A program made the position numbers and the translations under genes. A stretch of 64,000 nucleotides of DNA from positions 1,612,001 to 1,676,000 of the forward strand of contig NEEC01000017.1 of the NCBI GenBank assembly GCA_002189035.1, written 5' to 3'. The notes beneath the pieces are model-generated. The model saw nothing but the letters and a program-made list of their open reading frames with translations. It was not told the DNA's origin and searched no databases. The stretch's first letter is position 1. Every line of letters starts with the position of its first letter. Shown piece by piece: positions 37,149 through 50,084 of this stretch. The stretch comes from Utricularia gibba (Eukaryota; Plantae; Magnoliophyta).

Positions 37149-39888
37149 GGGTCACATTGAAGAGGGAAAGAGCGCTATGATAAGGCATGTTTTGAAATAT
37201 CGCTCCAAAATTAATTATCATAAAATAAAATTAATTCTACTGATTTTCAAAAGTTGATTTAGTATCTTGGTAATTCATTTTCATCTATCAATTTTCCATT
37301 TTTAATGTATTTGCTATCAAATACATCATATGCGTTTTTTATCCAATGAAAAATAATGCTATCAGATATACCATATTTGATCAATCATCTAGCAATTACC
37401 CCAATCATCTAAATTTCAGATTTTACCCAAAAATCAAAATTTAAAAATATTTTATTTCGGAAAAAAATCGAAATCCAAAATTTCCTAAAATCGCCCCTAG
37501 ATTGGAGAATAGAAGCACACCGCTTTGATCCATAATTTTAATAATTGTTTTGTCGCACAACTTTATATTATATGCAATCATCCAACCTAACTCATTGTCC
37601 TCTTAATCAATACCCATCTCCAAAGTCATGACGTGGGGTCGTCCGATAGTTCCTTTTTTTTTTAATTATTTAAAACTAAATGTGGTTTAATTACATTTGA
37701 ATTTACCGATATGCCATCCCTCCATTACGTTTTCGGGTTGAATTTGACGTGCTACATTTAATGCTTTCCGCGTCTCGTATTCTCCTAAATCATACATCCA
37801 TACCCCACACTTGTATATCCAACTTTAATCACAGAAAATAATAAAGACACTTTATAAAATTATTATCTTTTTTATAAAAAAAGTTGTATGTCGGTTACAT
37901 TCCATTTTTTAAATTTCAGACCAACAAGAAACGACAATGTTATGCGGTTCATTTTGAACGTTGTCCAAACACACAGTACAAGTGAATTTGTTTCATTACG
38001 AGATTTAAAATATAATCGAAAATTTTTAATAAAGATATGTATATGGGATAATTTTTTTTTTCGATGGCAATATTCATTCATTACTAAATCCTATATATAT
38101 ATATATATAGGATTCATCTTCATATTACATGATAATTGATATCGTTATCCAATTTTTGTAGTTTTTACATTATTTCCTTTTAGAAAGAATGCTTTTATAC
38201 AAAATTTTGCTTCTATTCAATCCATCATTTATGTGGGATTGAAGTACTTCCACCCATCTTTGTATCGGGTCCCACCAATAACAAGAAGTTCATCGAATTA
38301 ATGAAGATGATTAGAGAAATCATTAACTGAAAATTTGAATATAATAATTATTAAGATTTTGCATTTTCATATCAACTACCATCCTAACCGTTTTCCACTC
38401 CTTTTTCTCGATGTTCGTTGGCTTCTTCCACCGAAGCCTTTGTTGAGTAGGTGCAGACACAGTGCAAGAGAGCCGACAAACCAAGCGCGAGAGTCAAAAG
38501 GCGAATGGGAAATCCCATCAGCGCGATAGGGAGATCTCCGCTGCTCCCAAACCCCATGAACTGCTACTGCTTCGCTTCCTACGTCCTTCCAAGGGAACAT
38601 GAATTATTTTCCGGCACTATTTCCGAACAGCAACCGAGGCTTCAGTCACTGCGTCTCCGGTCTGTGGGATCCCAGAGGAGTTAATTGGAGCCTAGTTATT
38701 TATTACCTTCTGAAATGCGACACGGGGGCGGCAACACGGTGTCGGTGTCCATGTCCACGAGCAGTGAGTGACAGCAGCCGGAAGGGCCGCCACAGCGGCG
38801 GGTTCCGTTAGTGGACTAGTAGCCAGTAGCAGCGACATCCCGATCACCCCTCCGTTTTTAATATCTGAAAGCGCCGCTGCGCATACCGTGTCCGACCGCA
38901 TGGCTGACCGGCCCTTTTGCGCGTGTCCTGTGTCCAACGTGTGGGCCCCACTTGAAAATCTCTCTTTTTTTTTTATAAAAAAATAACATTATTTGATAAC
39001 AAAACTCCACTTATTATAAACAAAAAAAAATTAGTTTCCGATAAATGTAAAACATTAAATGGGCCAATTTATTTCTTTTTTGTTTTATATACGAATATTA
39101 CAGTATTTTCAAACATTTTCTACAAAATATCCCTGATTATTTATTTTTTATTCATATGTAAATCACGTTATAAAATTTAAATGATATTATCTTACATACT
39201 AATTACATAATCATATCTACTTAAGTCATCATATACATTAGTTATTCACGTTCATATTCATTAATAGTTCATAAGTTATATTTTTTTATAGTCGTTTAAA
39301 TAATATTATTAAAAGATTTTTTGTTTTTTATTTGTCTGTGGGGGGTGCAATCAAATGAAACCTAGATGTGATTTTGTCTTAAATGTATAATATTTTCTAT
39401 TAATATAAACGCGTTAAATTGACAGCTCATAAATGTGATTTTAACTTCGTTTTCCTGTTCCTAAAAAGCGATAGTTTAAATTGAAGTTTTGTATTTCCAA
39501 TTTTTTTTTCTTGTAATTGAAAAATGCGAGAATTTCATGGAATACACAATTAAAAATATGAATTTCACGTCATCTTTTTGGATTTATGCAATTAAATAAA
39601 TTGATAAAAAACATTTAATTCGATATATTATAAAATCTGAAAGTAAATAAATAAATAAATAGGCGATTTAATGTGTGTGTTGTTGTGGCTTGTCGTTCTC
39701 GTGGAGAATCCCCTACCACCCCCACTCATTGATGGGGCTAATCCTTTTCAATAATTACTCTTCTGTAACTGCAAATCCTCCTCCTCCTGTACTTATACTG
39801 CACTTAGTTTCTAATCAGACCATCGCCAACTTCAAGCAAACAAAGCGACTGAGGAACCCAGCAGAGCTTCTTCTATTTATCCCCATTC

Positions 39889-40383
39889 ATGGAGGTGGAG
39901 CAGAGCAGCGATTCCCGCACCAACTCTCCCTCGTCTTGCATCAAGGCTTTGTTCATGGAACAGGAGCAGAATCAGGAGCTCCGGCTCTTCGGGATGGCGC
40001 CGCCGCCCAAGGAGTCTGAAAATAGGGTTTTCTCATGCAACTTCTGCAGCCGCAAGTTTTATAGCTCGCAAGCTCTCGGCGGCCATCAGAACGCCCACAA
40101 GCGGGAGCGGAAGGTGGCGCAACGGGCGCATAGGTTTGAGAACGGAGCGGGCTTCCGCATCGAAGGGGCGCCCAACGGGTACCCCACATTTGCTTCCCTC
40201 CCTTTGCATGGTTCCTGCAGTGGAGCTTTCGGGGTCCAGATTCACTCCATGCTTCACAGGGCTGGGAAGCCGGACGTTGGCCGGAGCCCGACGCCCAAGT
40301 TCGGAGTCGGGCTGATGTTTTCCAATCCACACCGTCTGAAAAACGGGCAACAAGAAGAGCTAGATCTGTCCCTCAAACTCTGA
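39889..40383 (+). CDS. C1-1i C2H2 zinc-finger protein (ZFP1-like) with EAR repressor motif
   Basis: [27 protein letters not shown] and C-terminal LDLSLKL. Confidence 0.93.
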   Translation: MEVEQSSDSRTNSPSSCIKALFMEQEQNQELRLFGMAPPPKESENRVFSCNFCSRKFYSSQALGGHQNAHKRERKVAQRAHRFENGAGFRIEGAPNGYPTFASLPLHGSCSGAFGVQIHSMLHRAGKPDVGRSPTPKFGVGLMFSNPHRLKNGQQEELDLSLKL

Positions 40384-42054
40384 GCTCCGCCGCGTCGCGC
40401 TGAAACCTCCATTGTGTGTACAGTGTGTGTGAATTCGAGGTTCCACTCCTCCTTAATCTTTCCTTTGCATGGATCATCCAAGTGGGTGGCTTTTGTACAG
40501 TAATGAGCGCCTAATGAGAAGTAAATTGAACAATCTCGGGGGCATACTTGAAACCACCATACCTGCGTTCACCAGGCGTAACCAGTATCAGAATCGGAGC
40601 TCATTGTCACCTCTGCGCGAAGAAGACAATGGCGGTCGACTGCATCATCAACCAACGCGTTTTCACTTTGGGCATCGCTTGGAAGCGAAAGGCGGAGCGA
40701 AATCGACGGCTCGGCGACAGAGACGACAAATCCAACCGTTGAGATTCGGAGGTTTTAGTTAAGGACCATATTTTTAATTTTAGGATGTCTACATCAGTCC
40801 GGCGCACGTGCAAATCTCGTGACTCTCCTTCGTCCCCGTTTAAAGGAAACCCGACCCGTTTATTAAGCCCATTTAAAAACCAATTAACTAACTAAAGCCC
40901 GTTTAAAACATGAATTAAGTGACTAAAGGCCCATTTAATTAACTAATCTTGTGCGTACGCATATTCCTATTTTTATTAAAAATTAATAAAAATGTAATAA
41001 TTCACGCTGTCCAAATCATATAATTTCAAAGTTCGTTTCGAATCTATTCTTCTTGTTTGTTATTATTGCCATTGTGTACTTTGAATTCAAATCTCAATTT
41101 ATCTATTATCGTTGAAAAATATTAATTTATTTTTCAAAATTAGGAAATTTTATAGATTTGTAATATGTGTTGACTTTTATGACCGTGAAATCTGACTATT
41201 TTTTTATAATTCATTTTTTGTTCAATTTTTTTCCAAATATTCACAAGTTCAACTGGCTTGGTTTTATTAGATTATTTTTATTCAATAAATAATAATGAAT
41301 ACTACTTGTTTGCATGGAAATATTTTATTTAAAATATACCTGTAAGAGAGTGTTTTGTTAATTGGAATGAGATAAAATATTTAATTTATTTTAATTTATA
41401 TAAATAAATATTTTTTAGATATTATTTAATTAGTAAGATAAAAAAAATTGAATTAAATGATGTTAAATAAAATAAAGAAGGCATAGTTTTAAATAATTCC
41501 ATATACATTGAATTAAAAAAATTACGTAATCCCAAATTTATTTTAATATATGAAATAAACATCATATAATTTGTAATCTTATATTTGTGTGGGTCCCAGA
41601 TAGGAATAAGGCAATAAATTGACAATTGAAAAATAATATTCTTTGTTGTGGGGAGGAAACATCCTCGAATGCATGTGGAAGGTCACGCTGTGTGTGTGCA
41701 AGGGCATGTTACTCCTTAAGATCATGTGACTTTCCCTTGTCCTGATCCGACAAAACGCATCACCATTCAACACGCCTATCCATCTCTTGGAAGGATTGTG
41801 ATCTTCTTTTGTTGCCACAAGGAAACAAAACGGAGCTTTCTTTGTCTGTATGATTGATTCTCTTGCAACCACGTGTGAATTGGCATGAAAACAAGAACAG
41901 GGTAACCGCAGATATGTGAAAAAGAGCCAAGTTCACAGTACACAAGAATGGAAGAAGAAGCAGAAAGAAGCTATGGTTTTCTTCCCATCTCAGAAGCTGT
42001 TGCTGGAAAGACCAAAATACCTTCACAAGACATGCATCTTGTGTAATCTCATGC

Positions 42055-44514
42055 TCATGGGAAAACGCAGAGGATTTTATGTACAGGCGGCGGGAGGGAT
42101 GAATCTGTCATCCTGAGGGAACCTCCCAGATCAGAAGGCACCAAGGGTATGAACGAGTGTAGCACATCTGTTATCAGCGGCCTGTAGCTTGGCTCCGGTT
42201 GAACGCAGAGCACGGCTATGGCTGCTACCTGGAAAAGATGCAGAGTTCATGAACTGGATTTATGAGCAGAAGAGAAGAGAAGAGATGGGTTTACTTGATA
42301 CAAGTGCTTCAGGTCCATGGTGTTTCTGATGGAGGGATCCACCAAACTGGGGAGCTTTGATCTGTCTGTAAGCTGGGGCATTGCCTGTTTTCCAAGGGGG
42401 AGATCAGAATGAAGAGGGGAGACATGTAATGACACAAACAGACAGCTTACCCATTCGACTATGGATTGGCATCGTGATTCACCAACTTTCTCCACTCGAC
42501 TCCTTCCGATCAGGAGCTCCAGAAGAACCACACCAAACGCATACACATCACTCTTGTCAGTAAGCTTACCTGATAAGATGGATACACAGATTGATTAGTG
42601 AATCATGTGCACAAGAGCTAATGACTTTTCACTTTGATGTCTTGGGCTCGACCAAAAAACATCAATTGTACAATGGTTTGTCTTTACACTAAGGCATGGC
42701 TGCCACATGCAAGAACGAACATAATGCGCTATCCACTAATCAGAATGCTGTAGACACTGATTTCATGCTGAAGTTGAGTGATCTTACCATTGAGAAGGTA
42801 CTCTGGGGCTACATACCCTGCCCTTCCTGAGAGCTTGATAGCTGCTTTGTTCGAGTTTCCTCCAGCTACTGCTAGACCAAAATCAGAAAGCTGGACCATG
42901 ACCAAAACATACAAAAAAAAATCACTGATACTGAAAGGATGAAATAACAAGAAAAAGCTACTGATGGGTTCTATTAAAGCACCTTGGCATTGAAATTGGA
43001 ATCAAGCAGAATATTGGAGGATCTGAGGTTTCGGTGAATCACTAGAGGATCACAGCGCTCGTGCAGGTATTCAAGCCCTCTGAACAAGTATTCATTAAGT
43101 TAACCGGCTCCAGGAAAAAAATCTTGAGATGTGAGTATCCTACCTAGCAACATCTAATGCGATTTTCATCCTCAAATGCCATGAAAATGATGATCTTCGA
43201 AAAGGTCCTGATGCCAATGAACAAAAAAAAAATGAATACACCAGCAGCATCTCAACTATATGCATTCTCTTGACATTGAGAGCAAATTTGATACCATGCA
43301 AATGGAACTCAAGAGAACCATTCTCCATCATTTCGTAAACAAGAAACCGTGCTTCTCCATATAAACAGTATCCCAAAAGGGACACTATGTTCTGATGCTC
43401 AAGTCTGGTCAACCATTTGAGCTCATTCTGGGAGTATAGCAAGGAATTTAAAGTGAGCAATGCACATCATTTGAAAGCTTGAAGAATTATTCAGAACTCA
43501 AACCTCAAACTCTTTCTGGGCTTCCTGTCCATCACCAGCTATTTTCTTAACAGCAGCACTATAATCAGCGCTGAAATGAGCCTTATATACCCTCCCTGAT
43601 CCACTCTCACTAATGACATTTGCTTCATTGAAATTGCTAGTAGCTGCAACTAACACCTGATAATCAATTGGACTAATCGAATCCTTCTTCCCATTTGCTT
43701 TCAAATAACTGAACTTCTCCAAAATGGGACCGAAAGAAATGCTCTTTGCTGTGTCTGCGATTAATCGGACTTAATTCAATACACATACTAGAAATGACGG
43801 CGGAGTTCTGTTGAAACATACCTGATTCTTGGTTTGAACTTTTCAGCTTTTTCAATCTGTATATGGAAAAACAAGACAACAGAAGCAGAATCCCACCAAG
43901 AAGTGATGAAGAAACAACGAGGGCAATAAGTATTTTCTTGTTCAAATCCGGGTGGTGCACCACTTTGAGCACTGCAATCAATAATCGATCCAGAAGAAAT
44001 GAATTCAGCATAAAGATGATTAATAAACAACAAACATACAAAAATGGGAGCACCCAGTAAAATATAAACAAAAAGAAAGAGAGAAAGTGAAAAAGTTAAA
44101 CCACGTAAAGATAGCCATTCGTTTAAAAATTGCAATTTTCCCTAGAAGATAATTTCTGGAGAAAGCAAACAAGGTCAATGGGTCAATCATTGGAATTTCA
44201 TGTACATTCATCGATCCTGGGTTTCCGAAACTTGAAAAGAGATTGGCTAAAACTATCATACTTGAAGTGAGGCCAGAAGTTTTAGCACTTAAAAAAAGAC
44301 TGAAGCAAGAAACTGAATGCAGTGTGAAACTACCTGGAGTACTAGCCACAACATCAGAAGCATTCTTATTAAATACAGGATCTTTTTCGGTCGGAAGAAC
44401 AGGGTCGGAAACTGGGGGGTCAGGACTTAGTTGAACAGGAGCCGGAAACGAAAGAGAACCCAGAACCCAAGTGGGTACCAGCAACAAAAGCAGAAGCTTC
44501 ACTTTCATTCTCAT
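42055..44514 (-). CDS. Receptor-like kinase with short ectodomain (At1g80640/At2g25220-like), atypical catalytic motifs
   Basis: Signal peptide [40 protein letters not shown], kinase exons ([48 protein letters not shown]|[25 protein letters not shown]). Confidence 0.9.
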
Positions 44515-47500
44515 TCGCTCCAAAAAACAAAAAAAAATTTCTCGGGTAGAAAGAGAAGCTCCTGTTATTCCTTCCTCAGAAATTCAAATTCGAAATCGTG
44601 GTTTTAAGAGGCGGGGTGCGTGGTGAAATGCGGTGCCTGAAACTTTTGTTCCTTTGAATGCCTGGACAGCAGTTGTTTTTGCAGTAAATTGGTCTCGCTA
44701 TTTTGCTGCAGTCTTTATGCCAACAGCGCGAGCGAGGACTGAAACAAGGTCAGGGAAAAGCAATAAGACCACCCCTTTTTCGATGGCCGTAAGAAGAAAG
44801 AAAGACAGGCAGGCAAATGCATCGAAATCAAAATCATGTGGCAGCCATTAAAGATGAAAGGCTCCCCTTCCCCTTCCCTCCCTCCAGCTCTCTCAAGTAC
44901 AAGTTCTTCCTAAACAGAATATATTAATTATATTAACGTTGCGTATTAAATGTCGAAATTTTAAATTTTAAAAAATAAAAAAATAGGGATTCAGTGACGA
45001 TTCGAGCAATGCATTAATCCAAGTGATTATCACATAATTAAGTATTAATTCTGGACGTGTCGCCCACGCGCGGCCTCACCATGCCCGTGATGAGCGGCGC
45101 CTCTTTAGATCAGGTTTTTTAAATGAAGCTTCAATCGAGGGCTAATTAAGTCATTTCCTATATAAAATGATCAATTTCAGTATTAATTTTTTAAGAAAAA
45201 AAACTTATGTGTAACTATTTTTTTTTTAAATGGTATGTGGGCAAGTAAATTTAGGATTAGACCAGTTTCTAAGACACATGACATGTTCAACCATTTTCAA
45301 CCTTTCTTGAAACCACCTTACCTTTCTTTCTAAATTGGGCAACCTAGAGTAACTGCATCAAAAGGATTCTAAATTTGTGACATATTTCTAACTAAAAAAA
45401 ATTATATGAATTTAGACGAGTTTAAAATAGTGATTATAAATTATAGGATGTTTATTTCATAGACTTAAATAAAATTGTAATTTTTTAATTTCATATATAA
45501 GAATTTATTTAAAGGCACGTTCCTTATTAGGTTACCTATTACGAATTGTTTTTATATTTAAAATACAATTCGAATCTCACTAACTAAACATTATATGTAA
45601 AAAAAAGGCTAATCCCTCTGGATCAACCACTCACTAAGGGAAACTCCATCAATATCCCACATCGACTGAAAAATGGATGAAAATCTCCACACCAACTTCA
45701 ATTCAATGGTGAACTTTTCACCTCTTTCGATGAAGAAGTTGTAATGAAAATGTTTGATACAAATATTTTACTACTAGTATTTGGTGAAAAAGTGGTAACT
45801 ATTCAAGATAAAATCGTAAAATATTATAGTATATAGAAAAATATGATGTGGATTAAAAATTATAATATAAGATAAGAAAAATAGTAAAAGATTAGAGATT
45901 GATATGATTTTCCCAAATCTCGTATAATCCATCCATCACGCATGTGTACCCTTTGTTTCTGGTTCGAGAGATATCTGTCTTTGGCAAGAAGAGTGGCATA
46001 TCTGTAACTAAGTACTTGAGAGGGTCCCACACATTGGACACCTTCATCTCATGCCATAACGCCAACAACTAACTAACTTGGTGCTAGAGGGTGATGAAAC
46101 ATATCATCATGGACCTATCTATGCCTAGGACACATTCATGTGCACACACAGCAGCCATACCATACCCAACCTGTGTGTCTTCTTGGCCTCTCCCTGTTTC
46201 CATGCTCAAGAACAGAGACAAGGATTTGGGAGGGAGAAGAATAGCGTCATCTCCAGCCCACTGTCTCTGCCCTGCCCTTTGGTTAATGCACCAAACTCGG
46301 ACCCGCATCGCGTCACACCTCCAGCACCTGCCTGCCTCTCTGTGATGTGTACGTAACAAGGAGAATGGATGATATTGTTCTTGGATATTTGGCATTAACT
46401 GCTGCACCTTTTTTTTAATGTATTTATGTGAATTATTATTTCAAGTGGTCTGGCTTCAGTATTTAAATATGTTGAAGGTGGTCCATGTCTTTTTTTAACT
46501 GGAAAAGAATTTAAAATTTGCGTTTGTCCTATTTTTCGAAAAGAATTTTTTAAGAAATGATTATAATAAATTATTTATTCAATTTTTTAAAAAAATTCAG
46601 AATTTCTAAATTGATGTCCCTTTTAAAGCAGAAATCGTTCGTTTTTTATATCAGTAGAAATCATTTGTGTTGAATAATAAACTACTTTTGGAACGTTTTT
46701 TTTTTTTAATATAAGAACTTGAGATACAAAGAATTCATTTAGTAGAATGTTTTTTTTATTATAAGTGGAATTATCCAGAAAAAATTAGTTGAGGACATAT
46801 GGGTGTGCTTTGGAAGAATTGTTATTTAAGGAGGAATTATTCATTAAATATTTTATATAAAATCTTATAATTTAATTATTAAAATGCTCAGAATATACAA
46901 TTGGAGAGATACTGTTTTGAAATAAAAAGAATAATATTGTATTTTATCATTATGTTATTAATTAATTCCATTTGATATATGAGCACTAACTTATGTTTTG
47001 ACATAAGTAATAAATAATATATTATTATCTAGTAAATGTGTGATTAACATATGTTATTCAACATAAAGTAATCTTTTGAATTCTACCAAACAAGCCATAA
47101 TGTAGCAGATAAACATACCCCCAATCCATAATTCATTATGCTTCAATTAAATTGTTTTCCTTACTTCAGAAGCATAATTGAAGTTGAACATTTTCATGTG
47201 CAATAGTAGTTGATTTGAGCACCAACTCTCTTATCACATGGGCAGAGGCAAAGATCAACTTAACTCCATCCTTGTACTTCAGAGGCAAGAATCAAAAATC
47301 TCAAATATTAATTGATTTTTTTCTTAATTAAGAAGAACTATCCCTGCACTGCACATGGGTGGTTGATTTGAGCACCAAATGTCTTATTACATGTGGCACA
47401 CTTTGGTTTGAATGTGTGATAATCCTCAATCCCATGACGTTAATAAATAAATTACATATTTATCCATATTTTTAATAATTATATTTTACAAATTGATAAT

Positions 47501-47956
47501 TTGAAAATATCTTTTATATATCATTTGTATTATAAAAATATTATACGCTTGTTAAATTATAATTAACGTTATTGATTTAATTTAAATATATTTATTTTAA
47601 AATTATAATTTAAAAATTAAAGGTAATTAAATTATTCATAAGTATATAATCATAATGTTAATTTTAGAACTATTTCTCGAAAATCATTTTTTATAAAATA
47701 TTGAAGTAATTCTGAAAAATTAATTATCATAAAATAGAATTTAATATACGCTTAAAAATATAATTATTTATATTTAGAATTATTTCAAGTATAGTTGATC
47801 ATGATAGTTTCCAAATGTTGCTCAGATCTCATGTGATGTCATAAGAGAGTCGGTTGTTCTCCACCCATGGATCTCATGAACTGTCAAGAGTCTATATAAT
47901 GTGATGCCTGTTCCAACATTCGAGCAATGCGAGCTCATACACTGAAAGAGGTTGAA

Positions 47957-50084
47957 ATGGCTTTGGGTATTGCAAGCAGTCTTCCTTTTGTATGCAATGC
48001 CAACGCCATGTCTCGCAGATGGTGTGCAGCAAAACCTACGCCTGTTATTCTGTGTAAATCTGGATGTTTTGATAATCAGGTTTCGATAGAGCGGCGGTCA
48101 GGAAATTTTAAGAAGACAAGATGGGAGTTTGATTACATTCAATCTGTGAACAGCGCGTTCCTGGTACATCCCTACGACAACTTGGTTTGGGTTGTGATAC
48201 ACAGCAGATAGAACGAGTGTATTTTTTTTTGGTTTTGCTTGAGTCATCTGCTTTTGGTTTAACAGCTCATCTTCTTTTCTGCATGCATAATTTTGTCTTG
48301 ATACAGGATGAGGAGCACAGGGAGAGAGCAACAGAGCTTGAGGGTAAGATAAAGATTTTACCGAAGGATGTAGAGATGAGCAAGCTCAAGAAGCTGGAGT
48401 TGGTGGATACATTGCAAAACCTGGGGATTTCCTACTTATTTGATGCAGAAATAATGAGAATAATGGAGTATGTACAGGAACACAGACATTGCAACAATGA
48501 TGAGAGGGCTGAAAGAGATTTGTACTCTACCTCCATTGAATTCAGATTGTTAAGACAACATGGGTTTCACATCTCTCCAGGTACTGAGTCAACTTGTCTT
48601 TCAATCCACGTTTTTCGTATCTTGAATATGACAGGAAGTATTCTTTACAGAGGTATTTGATACATTTATCAAGGAAAATGGTGAATTCGATCCACTCCTC
48701 AATGATGATACGAAAGGATTGTTGGAGCTTTACGAGGCCTCCTTCTTGTCCTTCGATGGTGAAGAAACAATGGATCTTGCAAGAGAATTCGCCTCAGCTG
48801 CCCAACACAGGTATCTCAAAAGTAAAACAGACCAGAAGCATCCAGTGCTTCTTGAACTTGCAAAACTCAACTTCAACATTGTCCAGGCGCACTATCAGCA
48901 AGAACTCAAACATGTTGCAAGGCAATCACAAACTTTTCTTTTTCTCTTTTCTTGAAAAACACTTTACAGTGTTTCTATGCAGGTGGTGGGATGAAGCAGG
49001 TTTGGCTAAAAAGCTACCTTTTGCGAGGGATAGAGTTGTGGAGTGTTATATCATTGCTCATGGATCGCTTATTCAACCTCACCATCGATTTTTGAGGATA
49101 ATGAGTGCAAAACATTTTGCCATTGGCACAGCATATGATGACATTTTCGATGTTTATGGAACACGTGAAGAACTACAACTTCTCCACAATGCCATTCAAA
49201 GGTCACTTTCGAATCCTGATGTCTTGCATGGCAGCAAGAAGAGTTCAATTCTGATTGTAAATACTTGCAGTTGGGATATTGATGATATCAAGAAGCTCCC
49301 TGGTTACACGAGAACCTGCTTGGATCAGATAGACCTCTTGATCAAGGAGATCGCAGAGCATGTTCAAAGAGCGCAAGGCCTTGTTATCACTCCATTTCTC
49401 AGGAAAGCGGTGAGCATTTGCTGACATTTGTAACCTTTTTTATGCTTCTAAATATCATTGACTGCGCTACAGTGGGCAGACATATCCAAGGCATTCATGC
49501 AAGAAGCCACATGGTACTTCAATGGCCAGTCTCCTTCCATGGAACAGTACATGGAGATCTATAGGGATTACTCTGTTACTATCGACCCCTTCCTTCTCAT
49601 CGGAAATCCCATCAACATGGAGGAGGTTGAAGCCTTTTTTTCATATGATGATGCCACGAGATACTCAGGGATTATCTCTCGCCTTGCAAATGATCTGGCA
49701 ACCTCCTCGGCTCGTATGCAGTCTGCCCTTTTGGGACACGCACGGCTTTCTAACTACAATGTTTTAGTGTCTTTACATGTGTGTTATCCAATCTAGGAGG
49801 AGACAAAACGAGGAGATGCTCCAAAATCACTGGAGACTTACATCCATGAGACCGGAGCATCCATTGACGAAGCACAAGAGTACCTGAAGCTCCTGAGCCT
49901 GGAGACATGGAAGAAGTTGAACAGGGAACTTGCAGATTCATGTTTCCCTCGAGAATTCATAAAGCTCGTACTTGAACAGACGAGAATCTTTCTCTTTATG
50001 TATGCTGAAGGTGATGGACTTGGAATGCAGGCTGCGCCTACCACCAAGGCCTTCTCTCAACTTCTGTTTGACCCCGTCGTCTAG
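47957..50084 (+). CDS. TPS-b monoterpene synthase-like, copy 1 (7 exons; 39-aa deletion, compensated frameshift, GC donor at last intron)
   Basis: Transit peptide, RRSGNFKKTRW (RRx8W), RDR, DDIFD, and RLANDLATSS|EE (NSE/DTE). Confidence 0.85.

Noticed and set aside
40588-40651. Possible box C/D snoRNA (TGATGA ... CTGA, minus strand) in a GC-rich patch
   Set aside because: Box C lacks the purine, there is no convincing terminal stem, and I could not verify an rRNA target.
45654-45664. Third USE-like ATCCCACATCG
   Set aside because: No TATA box or structured RNA follows; the motif is also common in repeat fragments.
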